A stretch of DNA of 64,000 nucleotides from the human T2T-CHM13v2.0 reference genome, Homo sapiens. Made by a program: the position numbers and the translations under genes. Each line of letters opens with the position of its first letter. Positions within the stretch are counted from its first letter, which is position 1. The notes below the pieces were generated by a model that was not told the origin of the DNA, did no database searches, and worked only from the letters and a program-made list of their open reading frames with translations. Positions 19,010 to 39,312 of the stretch are shown here, piece after piece. The stretch lies in the NCBI RefSeq assembly GCF_009914755.1, contig NC_060931.1. One strand, written 5' to 3'.

Positions 19010-19580
19010 CAAATATTGTTGCGCAAAGGATGGATGGATGAAAGGAAGAGTGAGCCAATAAACGAGGGAACGCCGGGAAAGGCAGCCTCAAGCCGGTGGG
19101 CCCTGCCACCCCCACCGTCCCTGAGCATCCGAGCCGGTTCCCGCCCCCGGCCCGAACTGGCCCGCGCGCGCTCGCAGCCCCGCGGCGGAACCCGAGGGCG
19201 GCGGCAGCGGTTTCCCTTGAACGAGCCGGGGAATCTGGAGGGAGCACACAGGAAAGGCAGAGCCGCGAGCTGGACCAGCCGTGGTGAGTGCAGCGGCGCC
19301 CAGGCGGGGAGCGCAGTGCGGGTCGCTGGGACTGAGCGCGCGAGCGGGGTGGGAGTCGGGATGGGGGCCCGGGGCGCTGGGCGGAGCCTCTGGAGTCGCG
19401 CTGGGCCGAGAGCCGCGGGGACCCAAGCATCAGGGGTCGTGGGTGCAGGCGGCGGCGCGGCTTGAGGGTAGGGGGTGCGGGCCTGGCCGGCGCGGCAGGG
19501 GAGGGCCTCGCGCGGATCCCGTGGTCACGGCGGGAGTCAGCTGTCCTGGGTTCGAGTCCCAGAGCTGTCGCTAACTTGTG
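19010..19580 (+). promoter_or_regulatory. AGK: CpG island / AGK promoter
   Basis: Only CpG-dense, GC-rich segment of the window; TTGCGCAA palindrome 19019-19026, CCAAT 19055-19059, GC box CCCGCCCC ~19140-19147; no TATA. Confidence 0.9.
19259..19283 (+). other. AGK: AGK non-coding exon 1 (5' end uncertain; TSS may lie further upstream in the island)
   Basis: Donor GTG|GTGAGT at 19283/19284 inside the CpG island; joins exon 2 as ...cagccgtg|caaatctctagaagATG, matching the recalled AGK mRNA. Confidence 0.8.
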
Positions 19581-20239
19581 GACCCCCCTCACTTCGTCCC
19601 TTGGGCTTCAGCATAGCCCTTTGCAAAATGGGGCCAATAGTATCAGATCCATTGATGGGTTGGTTGGTTCATTCATTCTGGCGCTTTACTAGGTTCTGGT
19701 GCTGCAGATGGATAGACGAACTTGCCCATGAGGGGTTCACTATCTAGTAAGAAAAACATTTCCACCTGGATACTCCACAGGCGTGTCAAATTCAGTATCT
19801 CCTAAACCGCACTACTTTTCTCCACAAACCTACCACTCAAATCTAAATGACTGAAATCACTATTCAACCAGTCACCCAAGCACAAAAACCTGGCTTGGTT
19901 CCTCCTCTCTCACTTACTACAGTCAATGGACCACCAACTGCTGCCAATTTCTACTTTCTAAAGCTTTCCAAATCCATCCTTTATCTTGGTTTGTTCTTTT
20001 AGGAGCCTACAGATTATGGCAATAACTTCCTAATGGTTCTCTTTAGCTTTAATTTTAGCTTCTTCCAGTTCATTTTTCATTCTGCTATAAAGTGGTCTTT
20101 TAACAGTTCAAATATGATTATATCACTCACCTGCTTAAAGCCCATTAAAGGTTTTTCATTGTCTTCAAAATAATAGCCAAAGTCCTTAGTGTGGGTTCAA
20201 GGTCTTTTCTAATCCCACCTGGTCTTCAATCCTTTATCT

Positions 20240-20430
20240 CTAAACCACTGTTTCTCAAAGTCTGGTATAGTGGTGACCTCCATTGCAACCAACATGGGAG
20301 TACTTGTTAACAAGTGAAGATGACAGCTTAATTCCAGAACAAATGAGACTCTTGCGGGAAGGGGCAGTTCCCAGGATTCTGTGTTTTTAACAAGTTCTGC
20401 ACTAAAGGTTGAGAACCCCTGTTCTAGACA
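20240..20430. mobile_element. MER5-type hAT-Charlie remnant
   Basis: cactgtttctcaaagt...tttttaacaag...aaaggttgagaacccctg terminal inverted ends. Confidence 0.55.
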
Positions 20431-20451
20431 CTCCAATTTTTACTCCGCTGT

Positions 20452-20760
20452 TGATGAGATTCAGGACACACTGCCGCAAAATATGACTCGTTGGCATTAG
20501 AGGAAACAACTGAAGCAGGAAAGTCACTTTGTGTCTTCCCACTTTTCTCCCCTGAAGCAGGCCATAAAAGAATTGTTTGACCTTCTTCTGTATAAGACCC
20601 TTCAGTGAGAGGTGCTCATCCTGTAAGTATAGGATCGAGGAAAGGAATGCCCTTATCTTTGAAGACACAGGTACACAGAGAAGAATCAGAACAAATAGGC
20701 CTTGCTAAATTCTCCCCAGCGTATTACTGTTAGATCATACCCCCTTTTTCCAGTCTCAGC
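20452..20760 (+). mobile_element. MER39-like ERV1 LTR fragment
   Basis: tgatgagattcaggacacactgccgcaaaatatg..ttggcatt..ctgaagcagg..ccttatctttgaagacacagg. Confidence 0.5.
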
Positions 20761-20834
20761 CATGAACCTAATTCTCCCCTCAACTATCTACGTATGTTTC
20801 TCTCAACACACTTTACTGTCTTTTATGCCTTTGT

Positions 20835-21193
20835 ACACTCTCAGTTTGGGCTACTGTAAAAAAAAAATAGCAAAAACTGGGTGGCTTAAACAACAGAAAT
20901 TTAATTCTCACAGTTCCGGAGGCTGGAAGTCCAAAGTTAAGGTGCCAGCATGGTTGAGTGCATGGTGATAGCTCTCTTCCTCGGTTTGTAGAGATCTGTC
21001 TTCTTGCTGTATCCTCACAATGCAGAGAGACCATCTCTGTAGTGTCTAGTCTCATAAGGACACTAATCCCTTTCATGGGAGCCACTCTTATGACCCAATT
21101 ATCTCCCGAAGGCTCTATCTCCTAATACCATCTCAATGGGGATAGGGCTTCCACATCACCATTTTTGGGGAACACAGCATTCAGACAATAGCA
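20835..21193 (-). mobile_element. MLT1A-type MaLR LTR
   Basis: actgggtggcttaaacaacagaaattt..tctcacagttccggaggctggaagtcc...cattcagacaatagca. Confidence 0.75.
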
Positions 21194-21887
21194 TCCACAA
21201 AACTCCTTCGTTACTTTAGTGATTTCCTCCTCATTATTCAAGGCTCAGGGAAGACTTCATTGACTGTGCACCACCCCCTCAGCCCTAGACCAGGTTAGGT
21301 TCATTCTTGCAGACTCTCACAAAGCCTTGTGCTGACTCCTCGACATTTATCCCACTGTACTGCAATCATAATTGTATAATTGTGTTAGCATTGTGGGTTT
21401 GACAGTTGTGAGCACTTGAGAGAACGCATGAGACCCATTCTTCTCTGCCCTCACCCCCAGCACAGAGCCTACCATATAGGTGTTTATTAAAGGGCTCTTG
21501 AATGAAGGAGTGATTTAGGGCCAGATGGAGAGGAGTTCAAGAATTAGTTGGGCCTTTGGAATCATGTGTCAGCCTGACGGTGTATGGGATTCACAGGAAG
21601 ATGGTCTCCCTGGCACTGGCTTCACTGCTGCTTTTGATAAGGATGTTTCTACCCTTGAGAGGAATTTTAACCAATGGGATTTAAAGGGAGTCATAAAAGA
21701 ACTGGACTTTTAAGTGGAAACAGTTTTTTTTTTCTTGGTCTATATACCTCACTAACAGATAGTCATAAAAAAATTTTGCTTAAATTTTTGTTTATCTAGA
21801 AAATAAGTTCATTTTCAAAAACTTAGAAAGTACATTGCAATTTTAAAAATAAACATCACCCACCATTCCACAACCTAGAGGGATCTA

Positions 21888-22206
<319 letters not shown>

Positions 22207-23315
22207 TTGTTTTTGTTTAATTGTATTGGTTTTCTTTTTAAATTTATACTCATGTTTGAACATAATTGGTATAATGCCAATTATATATGGCTTTTTATCC
22301 TGCTAATTTTACTTAACATTATGTTTTGGGTTTTTTCCCCCATCAGTAAAAATTTTGGGTAAAAAAATATTTAATTGCTATTTAACTTATTCATTGAACA
22401 AATATTTCTTAAACAGCTATTGTGTGCCGGATCTTACTTTAGGCATGGGATACAGCAGTGACCAGAATTATGTCCTTACTCTCATGGAGTTTACATTCCA
22501 GTAGGATTAGGCTAATAAATGAGCAAATGAATATAAGCATCACCAAATAATAAATGTCATGAAGAATAAAGATATTCTATAGTGTCACTCTGTTTTTTAG
22601 TAAAGTCTTCCTAATTTACCTTCTTTAAAGGAGTGTATGAGTGTCTATCATTTTGTTATGTCATCAGTGAATATGATCATTTAAAAATTTATTTTGGTCA
22701 ATAATGATAGTTCTTTGTAATATGCATGTCTGATTATTCAGGAAGTTGAACATTTTTAGATAGCCATGTACATTGCCTCTTCATTGAGTTTTCTATCCAT
22801 GTTTTCTGTTTCTTTTCCTATTGAGGACCTGGTATTTTCTTCTATTTTGAACTCGCCCTTCATATTATTATTTTTTGGGACACTTACATTATGATGGATA
22901 GACAAATGTATACTCTTAAACAGTGGTACAGTGAGGCTGTAAGGAGTTAGAAAAACCAGAGGAAGCCTGGAATTCCCTTCCTCTCTTTCTGCCCCTCCCT
23001 CTTCCTTCTATTGCAATGAAGAAATAGTGATCAGAGAGGGAAGAAGTATAGGTTAGGTGGAAATACGTGAAGGAAGAAAGAAAGGTGGATGGATGTGTGG
23101 GTGGATGAGAAGATGAAGATGATGGAAATAGAAGGGAGAAGATGAGCTGAGGCCAGAGGAGAAGTGGTAAGGAGGAAGAGGAGTGAGTGGGAAAAAAAGG
23201 AGTGAGAGAGGATAAAAGAATGGAAGACAGAGTAATAGGGACATTACATGAAGACCATGGATAAATTATATTTTTTTCTCTTTCCGCCTCTACTAACCTA
23301 GCAAATCTCTAGAAG

Positions 23316-23416
23316 ATGACGGTGTTCTTTAAAACGCTTCGAAATCACTGGAAGAAAACTACAGCTGGGCTCTGCCTGCTGACCTGGGGAGGCCATTGGC
23401 TCTATGGAAAACACTG
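23316..23416 (+). CDS. AGK: Acylglycerol kinase, first coding exon (exon 2 spans 23302-23416); mitochondrial N-terminal anchor
   Basis: Translates [33 protein letters not shown]+TG, identical to the human AGK N-terminus; acceptor cctag|caa at 23301/23302; donor TG|GTAACT; 101 coding nt, phase 2. Confidence 0.97.
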
Positions 23417-23723
23417 GTAACTATCTGACAGCCCCATCCCACCTTTGCATCTGCAGCAAAACAGCCCCAAAGGGCCTCAGGTTAAAATCTTGCTCAGCTG
23501 TGCTTATCCCTATAAAACATGTGGTGTAAAAGAAAAATAAATGCTATTCAAAGCAAAAACAAAGACTTCTTGTAACCAGAGCTGGAACTACATGCATACT
23601 TATATCCAGTGGTTAGAGAATAAAGTAGAGACATCAGAAAGGAAGCTATTTTTATTCATTATATTTATAGTGGAAGAGATTAAGACATCTTAGAGAAAGA
23701 GAAGTCCTTTCCCAAGTTAGTAG

Positions 23724-24507
<784 letters not shown>

Positions 24508-25679
24508 GTAGTAAGCAAGTACTGGAACTCATGTCTCCCTGGCATTTTATTCCTTCCATTTCTTACTATAGTCTCTTGATCTGTCATCAAGGGACACTTA
24601 CTGAATTTGTTCCTCCATCCCCTGTTACTATCCTCATCTGTCCCATTAGCCTACATTAATTTAAATGAGAAGTAGACTTTCAAACCTTTTGTTTAAATAA
24701 AGAATTCAGAGGAGTCATGGATTTTATTAGTCTTCCTGCATGGAGGGAGAAGAAAGTGCCAGAGCTCCTCTTTTAGTTTAATATGGTAATAAGATTTAAA
24801 TAAACAGAGAAGTTTTTTTGTATAAAAATTATACAAAAGACAGCCAATCAAATTGCAGTCTTTTGGAGATTAAGGACTACATTTTAAGTATGTAGCAACA
24901 CTGAAATCCAGATGTCTTAAATGACTGCTTTGTTGAACAGAAAACAGAACAGTTACTCTTTGAATTAGAAGTCTCCACATTGGAAAAGAGATTCATATTG
25001 ATATTTTGTGAACACTCAATTCACCACTGTGAGAATAACTTTATGATATAACATGATGTCTGCTTTTTTTGCAGCTGTGGAAAAATTGCAATACATTCCC
25101 CTTCTTTTCTTTCTAAGTGTTGTCAAGGCCAGGCATTCAAATTCCATTAGCCAGCATCTAAGGAAAAAAGCAGACATAAGAAGCTTAAAATTTGTAATTA
25201 AGAAAAGGGTGGAGCGGATATTTTAACAAATGGAGCATGGAATGTTTGGCTTCTCCTTTTTCTAACTACACTTGAGTCCTCAAGGCCCCTTTGCTGGAGC
25301 ATCCAATCTAGGCCATGGCTAGGTCAGTCGGGGAAAATTCCCACCCACTGAGGATTACTGCTGTTTCTACGACTAGGTGAAGATTTGAGGAACTGTGTAC
25401 TCTGTTCAGGATGTCTTTAGAGGAACCATGATAAGTTCTTGCCCATGTAGCCTTGAGACCTTAAAAAAGGACCATTAAGTCTTCAGGACTAATGGAGGCC
25501 TTGTTCTAAATTGGATCTGAAACAGCTTGAGCCAGAAGTGTGGTGGCAGCCTGGAGGCCTCATTTTGCTCTGTCTTCACCCTTGACATTCAATGTTACTG
25601 CCCCAAATGCAAACTCTTGTTGTCCTATTGCTTTTCTTTTTCTCAGACTGTTCTCTTGCATGATTTGGTACTATTTAGC

Positions 25680-28090
<2,411 letters not shown>

Positions 28091-28253
28091 TGTGATACTT
28101 TTCCTTTTGTTGCCCTCCCTCCGTTTTTTTTTTTGCCTATATATCCCCAACCTTTTCACAGAACAGTGCTCACATTCTTTATACCAAACTTGTTTTTACC
28201 CTGAGAAGATCTTACCCTGTAGTCTTCTTGAGTGGAAGCTGCCTTGTCCTTTC

Positions 28254-31130
<2,877 letters not shown>

Positions 31131-31804
31131 TGTCCTTTCAAATGGGATCAGGGTGTAAGGATGTTGGGATTCTCCTGGCCCTTCAGTAGCTATTCCAAAC
31201 CATTTATCTTCCATCTTATACATCTTCCATCCTTCAAGACTTTTATCTGGCTATCCAATAAAACTATAAATCTTCCAGCCTTCTGGGATCTCAGTTACAT
31301 TCAGCTTAGGCTTTGGCGCCTGGCTTATCAATGCCATTTTCTTTCTAAGTCCTGTTATCTTCCCGGACACCCTGAGTGTCCATGTGGATGACCTACCTAA
31401 CAACTTGCCCCCACTTTCCTTGACTTCTTCTGTATCTGTGACTTTGACCCACTACTCCACCTTCTTCCAACTTCACCCCCTTCTCATTGGTTGAATGCTA
31501 AACTTTATCATCACTTGCTCCTGTTCCACTTCTGAAATATGGAACTTCAGTATCCCATTCTGTCATTACGGCCTTCTATTATTCCAGTTTTTCATTCCAT
31601 TACTTCTGCTCTTCAGTGTTATTAGGATTTCTTGTCCCTTGGCTCCTCTGTTTTCTTCCCAATCCATCACTCTTCCTTGCTTTTCATCTTTTTCATATCG
31701 TAGATTCCTTGATCCAACACATCATACGTTCCTCAACTCCATTTTTCACATGTCATTCCTGGGCTTTTTAAGCTCTCATTTCCTCTCGTTTTCACAACTA
31801 AAGG

Positions 31805-31980
31805 TTTGTTTCTGTTGTTGTTGTGTTTAGAGATGGGATCTCGCTCTGTCACCCAGGCTGGAGTGCAGTGGTGTGATCATAACTCACTGCAGCCTCAAAA
31901 TCCTGGGCTCAAGTGATCTTCCCACTTCAGCCGCCTGAGAAGCTGAGACTATATGTGCATGACAGCACACCCTGCTGATT
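31805..31980 (-). mobile_element. AluJ half / FRAM
   Basis: gatcataactcactgcagcctcaaaatcctgggctcaagtgatc. Confidence 0.8.
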
Positions 31981-32092
31981 AAACCTTTTGAATAGGTTCT
32001 CTCTGCTTTCCTATCTCCCTCTCATGCCACATCCTCTCCAATTTTCATTATAATTATTTTCACCAGTTTTATTTTGCATTCTTCTTGACCAC

Positions 32093-32465
32093 TGTATTAG
32101 TTTGTTCTCATGCTTCTAATAAAGATACCTGAGACTGGGTAATTTTAAAGGAAAGAGGTTTAATTGACTCACAGTTCCACATGGCTGGGGAGGCCTCAGG
32201 AAACTTACAGTCATGGCAAAAGGGGAAGCAAACACATCCTCCTTCACATGATGACAGCAAGGAGAAGTGCTGAGCAAAAGGAGGAAAGCCCCTTTAAAAA
32301 AACCATCAGATCTTGTGAGAACTCACTCACTTTCATGAGCACAGGGTGGAGGTAACCACTCCCATGATTCAGTTACCTTCCATTGGGCCCCTCCCATGAC
32401 ACATGGGGATTATGGGAACTGTAGTTCAGGATGAGATTTGGTGGGGACACAGCCAAACCATATAA
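32093..32465 (-). mobile_element. THE1 (THE1C/D-like) solo LTR
   Basis: tgtattag..aataaagatacctgagactgggtaattt..gagatttggtggggacacagccaaaccata; 5-bp TSD ACCAC. Confidence 0.88.
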
Positions 32466-32490
32466 ACCACTCAGCTTTAGACACAGTTGA

Positions 32491-32876
<386 letters not shown>

Positions 32877-33223
32877 TCCTTTGTTACTCTTCTCTGCCCT
32901 TCTACTCAGACATTAGAGGAGTAGTTCTCTAGGACTCTGCCCTAGGCCTTCTTCTCACATTATATTCTCTTCCTGCATGATCTAATCACTCATGATGTCT
33001 TCAGTTACCAGCAATATGAAGCCATATCCCAGATTTTTGTCTCTATAAAGACCTCTTTTGAATTCCAGACCTGTATATACATTCAGCTACTTGTCTATTT
33101 GGATGCTTCACAGGTGCCTCAAACTTAACAGATGGAAAATAAAGTAAAAAGTTTTCCTGCCAAACCTGTTCCTTCTCAGTAATTGGTACCACTCACCATC
33201 CATCTAATTTCCCAAACTAGGCT

Positions 33224-33502
33224 AGGCTTGGTGGCTCACACCTGTAATCCCAGCACTTTGGGAGGCCGAGGCGGGCAGATCAACTAAGGTCAGGAGTTCG
33301 AGACCAGCCTGGCCACCATGGCAAAACCCTATCTCTACTAAAAATACAAAAGTTAGCTGGGTGTGGTGGCGCATGCCTGTAATCGGGAGGCTGAGGCAGG
33401 AGAATCTCGTGAACCCAGGAGGCGGAGGCTGCAGTGAGCTGAGATCGTACCACTGCACTGCCTGGGTGACAAAGAGAGACTTCGTCTCAAAAAAAAAAAA
33501 AA
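33224..33502 (+). mobile_element. AluS
   Basis: Dimeric Alu; TSD ttcccaaactagg. Confidence 0.9.
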
Positions 33503-35669
33503 ATTCCCAAACTAGGAATTTAAGCATCATCCTTTATCCTCCTTCATTCCCTGCATCCAGGTCATACATTCTAAAGGATTTTGCTCCCTCTACATCTCTT
33601 AATGTATTGAGTTTCTTTATCCTGTCCTCACTGTCTTGGCTTTTGTCCATACTACTATTGTCGCTTGCCTGGGTTCTTAATAACAGCCTCCTCACTGTTC
33701 TGGCACCTACTTTTGCCTGTTCCTAATCCATTTTGGATACCGTTGCTAGAGTAATCCTTTGTAAGTACAGATTGCTATTGCTTTGAGACTCAAGCACAAT
33801 ATTCTTACCAGCTCTACATGTGCTTGGCCCCTGCATACATCTCTAGACTTGCCACATTTTATACTTTAACACGTGGACCTTTCCGATCTTCGGAAGTGAC
33901 ATGTTCTTTCTGTTTCAGGATTTCTTGGAATGTCCTTGCACATGTTGTTCTCCGCGGAACATTCTGACTTTCTCTTCTTCCTGAGACAACTATCATTTCT
34001 CCAAGTCTCAAATGTTATTTCTTTAAGCAAGCCTTCTTTGTCCTCTCTAGTCAGGATTAGGCAATCATCTTACATTTTCTCCATAGTACTATGAACTCCT
34101 CCTATATATTATTCATTGCTATTGTGATTTTCTGTTGTTTGTTTCTTCTGTTATAAGACTCTACAGGCAGGGGTGCTGTTTGTCTTGCTCAGTGTTGTCC
34201 TGCAGGCCCAGTACATAGAAGATACTTGACACACATTTTATTTATGAAAGATGGAACAAACAAGAGAATGAAAGGATGAGTGTGCAGAGGGCAAATATCA
34301 ACCTTATTGTCTGACCATTAGGAATTCACAAACCTAGGCTGTTGAGTCCTTCTGAAGGAAATTATACCCTAAATTCATAGGTTACTCTTTCAATTTCTAC
34401 AACATTTATTTTGAAATACTCATGAATTTCCTTACCCGCTCTATGTTCTCTATACTTATTCTTAGACAACCTAACTCCTAGTTCAAAGAGAATATAAAAA
34501 ACATGGGCAGTTACCCCAGAGTGCATATTGATGTTCTGTCTCTCTGTCTCAGTGGCTGAAGCTGCCATCCTCCTGTTCAGCCCCTCTGACTCTCATCCCA
34601 TTGTTTCACCTCCCATTGGTTGTCCATTTCCTCACTTGTATCTTTAGTCTCAGACTTTCAGTTTCTCTCTCCCCTATTTGTCAGAATCTTGCTCATACAT
34701 CTTCACTCAAGTCTGCATTCCCATGTGTTTGGTGACCTGTTCTCATCTTCCATTGACACCGTCCTCAGAAGTGTACCTCACACTTGCAGTCCTACCTCCA
34801 TTTTAGAATAAGCTTAGTAAAATGGCTTGTATCCCATCATCTGATTGAACCTGCTCTTGATGAGGTCATTAATGGCCTCTTAGTTGTTAAATTAAAGGGA
34901 TACTTTTCATGCCACATTTGATTTTCTTGGCCCATATCCTTTTAGGTATCTTTAGATATCTTCCTGCTTTGTTTGTGCCTTGAATGTTGGTGTCCCTCAT
35001 GTTCCATTCTCATTCTACACACTCTGTAAGGGATCACAACCACACAGTTGTTTTCAGGTATGATATATGGATTTTGGAGTCATCATATTTTTGTAGCCCA
35101 GGTACTGCTTCTCTTGACATTTTGTATGAATAGAAAACAAATATTTTTTGGTAACAGATTTGTGAAAAATTGCATATTTTAATTTCTTTTTATCTGACCC
35201 CTTTTGATTACTGCTCTTAGTTTGTCTTTTGGTATCAGATATTATTTATTTGGAGGTTCTATTCCATTTTTACTGTATTTATAATTTTTTTTCTCCATTG
35301 AGAATTCCACCCCCTTCTTTTTCTCCCTTCCCCCAAGTTTCAAAGAAAAAAAAGTCTGTGATATTTTTCCCCTCTGCATAATTTCCCCTCAGCAGGTTGC
35401 AGCAGTTGACAAGAGCAGCAGGGACTGCTCTCAACTGGAGAAGAGCAATTGCAGAGGAGAAAATGACCCTGTTTGCTGAAAGTAAAGACAGTTTAAGGAT
35501 TGCTCATTCCTCTTCAACTGCTTTTACCAAGCTTTCCAGCTTCCCTGGGGAAGATTATGTTCCAGGTTGTTCGGTTTATCATGTCAGCAGTTTACCTGCA
35601 ATAGTCTGTCACTCATTTCTGGTCCTTTTAGTAGCAAAGAGTCTGCTAATAAAAAGTAGCATAAGAAAG

Positions 35670-35885
35670 GAGGCAGTGGAGTATAAAAGTTGTCTCTGGA
35701 GTTGGACTGAACTGACGCTTCCTAGCAGTGTGACCCTGTGCTCTCTAAGCCTTAGGTTCTTCATCTGTAAAATGGGGATAATAATAATATCTCAATGGGT
35801 CACTGAAGGATTGATTAAGTGATATAACTGGAAAGCTGTTAGCATCCTGTCTGCTAGATTTAAGGGTTGAATAAATGCTAGTAAT
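35670..35885 (+). mobile_element. MIR
   Basis: ctctctaagccttaggttcttcatctgtaaaatggggataataat core. Confidence 0.65.
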
Positions 35886-36414
35886 TGTGAGTAAACTTGA
35901 TATAATACATACTCAGCCCTGTGGAAGTTAAAACCAAGTGCTGCTGGTGACTGGGTTGTGAGTGACTTGAGAGACTGCCAGTGGGAAGGGAGATGTGGAT
36001 CTGCCAGGTGGTCTAAGGTCTGAGCCTTTTATTTATTTCGCCTTTCATATGTAACAAGACAGCTTGGAAAAGTATAGTTTCAAGACTGACCCAACATAAC
36101 TACAAAAGAGGCCTGCCATACATGGTTAAAAGCAGCAAGCCGTGTCGGAAGCCTTTTCCATCTGATTTGGGCTCAGATTATTCCTGCATCACTGGGGACC
36201 TTGTCCTCGCTCTTCCCAGCTCTGGTCTGTCTCCGCATGATTTTGGCTGGTGAGCTTTGGCACAACTCCCCAACTAACTCCCTTGGCTGAGCAGTTAACA
36301 ATAGCTTGGCTCCTGCTTAGTTCTGGCACATGGTTCTCAGTTTACTCCTTTGGCTCAGTGCTTCTGACACCAGTTCTGCTACCCACCTCAGCCTGTGACC
36401 CAGGGCCATCCCAT

Positions 36415-36793
<379 letters not shown>

Positions 36794-37104
36794 TAAAATC
36801 CCACAGACACCATAAATTCCTTGACATTAAGCTTGCAAAGCAAGTGTGCTACTGTAGCAATGGTCCTGGTCCTTGTGTTTAAGGGTTTTAATTAATACTG
36901 GAGTTTTCTTTCTCCAAACATAGGAACATTAATTTTGATTACTGTATATTGGCTTTTCTAAGCATTGGTGCAAGCCACCTTTCAAGTTCTATGGTCAAAA
37001 ACAGTTTCTTAGAAGTAGTAAAATTAAATGGTTATGAGTTTGCCTGAGGGGTGTGTTCAGTGTCATTCGATTTTACTGAGAACGTACTACTAATAATAAT
37101 GATA

Positions 37105-37425
<321 letters not shown>

Positions 37426-37955
37426 TCAGTGATTGCCATGTGCGAGGCACAGTTCTGAGCACTTTACATTTATTAACTCATTTCATCTTCCTTATAACTC
37501 TATGAGATGGTTATTAATCTCATACTCATGTGAGATTAATAGCCCTATATAGATGAAGAAACTTAGGGGCAGCAAGATGAAGTAATTTGCTCAAGGTCAC
37601 ACAGCTGGTATCAGAGCCATCATACAAAGCCAGATAGTCCTGATCCTAACCTCTCAAAATGGCCACTGTGTCTTAGGAGCGTGAGAGAGATGAAGAACTG
37701 TAAGCTGAGATTACCTTCTGTCATAAAATCCATTTGGAATAAGAGAAATTGTTATACCACAATGCTTCAGAGTGTGAGCTTCTGAGCCAGTGGAGTCTGG
37801 GTTTAAGTCTTGCCTTTGCCACTTTCTGGATGTGTGACGTTGGGCAAGTTATTTAACTTGTTAAACTTCACTTTTATTTACCTGTGCAATATGTCACAAT
37901 ATTATCGTGATGCTAATCACTGCTCCTGGCACATATTAAAAATAGTACCTATTTT

Positions 37956-38242
37956 AGGCCAGGCGCAGTGGCTCACACCTGTAATCCCAACACTTTGGGA
38001 GGCTGAGGCAGGCGGATCACGAGGTCAGGAGTTTGAGACCAGCCTGGCCAACATAAGGAAGCCGCGTCTCTACTAAAAATACAACAAATTAGCTGGGCAT
38101 GGTGGTGGGCACCTGTAATTCCAGCTACTCGGGAGGCTGAGGCAGCAGAATCACTTCAACCCGGGAGGCGGAGGTTGCAGTGAGCCGAGATCACGCCATT
38201 GCACTCCAGCCTGGGTGACAGAGTGAGACCCTGTCAAAAAAA
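37956..38242 (+). mobile_element. AluSg-like
   Basis: ggatcacgaggtcaggagttt; TSD tacctatttt. Confidence 0.88.
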
Positions 38243-39154
38243 ATTACCTATTTTTATTAGAGATGTATAAGGCACTACTATGTGCTATGTTCTGTTCGAG
38301 GGGTACAAAGTACATGTTAAGGATGTCTAAAGAAAAAAATTAATTTAAAAAACTTTTTATTATGAAAATCTTATGCATATAAAAATTAGAGAATAGTATA
38401 ATGAATCCCCAAGTAACATTTACTGAGCTATAGCAGATATCAATATTTCACTAATTTTGTTTCATCTATGTCCTCTACTTTTTTTTTTTTGTTTTTACTG
38501 GAGTAGTTTAAAGTAAACCCAGATATTATATCATTTTACCCATAAATATTGCAGTACCTTACTCCAATAGGAAGGGACCTAAAAAAAAATCACACTGTCA
38601 ATGTGATTATCATGAACTTGAAAAAAACAAAAATTCTTTTATCTAATATTCAGTCTGTGTTTCTATTTTTCTTATTGTCTCCACATTGTTTTACTGTACA
38701 TTTTGTTCAAATCAGTATCAAAATGAGTTTCTGTCTCTTAAGTCTCTTAAAGTATAACTCCTCTTCTTTTGATAATATTTACATGTTTTAGAAACTAGGT
38801 CTACGTTTGCCCTGTAGAATTTTTCATACCCTCGACTGGGCAGATAGCTTCTGCATAGCTGTGCAGAGCCATATGGGAGCCTGAGGCAAGAAGAAAAACC
38901 AGTGATACTGCCCCTGACTTTATTTAAAATTGTGTTATTATATTCATTATAACTTTTTTGCATTCATTTTTGATTTTGGAAAATACCTATTAAAATATTT
39001 ATCTCCAGTACTGTATTTTTTGGCACACCTTTAAATGGTGCCCTTGAGGCAAGTGCCTCATCACTGTGTTCTAGCCCCAGCCATGAGTTGCTTAATTTGT
39101 TCCTCTATCCCTCCTGTGTCTTGTCAGCTGGTGATTAGATCCACATTCTGGAGC

Positions 39155-39312
39155 TTTGCTATTCACAGTGTGGTCCCGCAGCATAAGCATCTCCTGGGAG
39201 CTTCTTAGAAATACAGACTCTTAGGCCCCATCCAGAACCTACTGAGTCAGAATCTGCTTTTTAACCAGATCCCTAGATGATGTGTTTGCTCATTAAAGTT
39301 TGAGAAGTACTG
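39155..39312. mobile_element. MER5A
   Basis: catctcctgggagcttcttagaaatacagactcttaggcccc..actgagtcagaatctgc..aagtttgagaagtactg. Confidence 0.75.

Noticed and set aside
18908-19747. Overlapping 90-204-aa ORFs on both strands
   Set aside because: Stop-poor GC-rich CpG island; low-complexity Arg/Gly/Ala/Pro translations. The real exon 1 is non-coding.
35397-35822. 141-aa ORF in intron 2
   Set aside because: Non-ATG start, the 3' half is MIR-derived (FFICKMGIII), and there is no recognisable domain.
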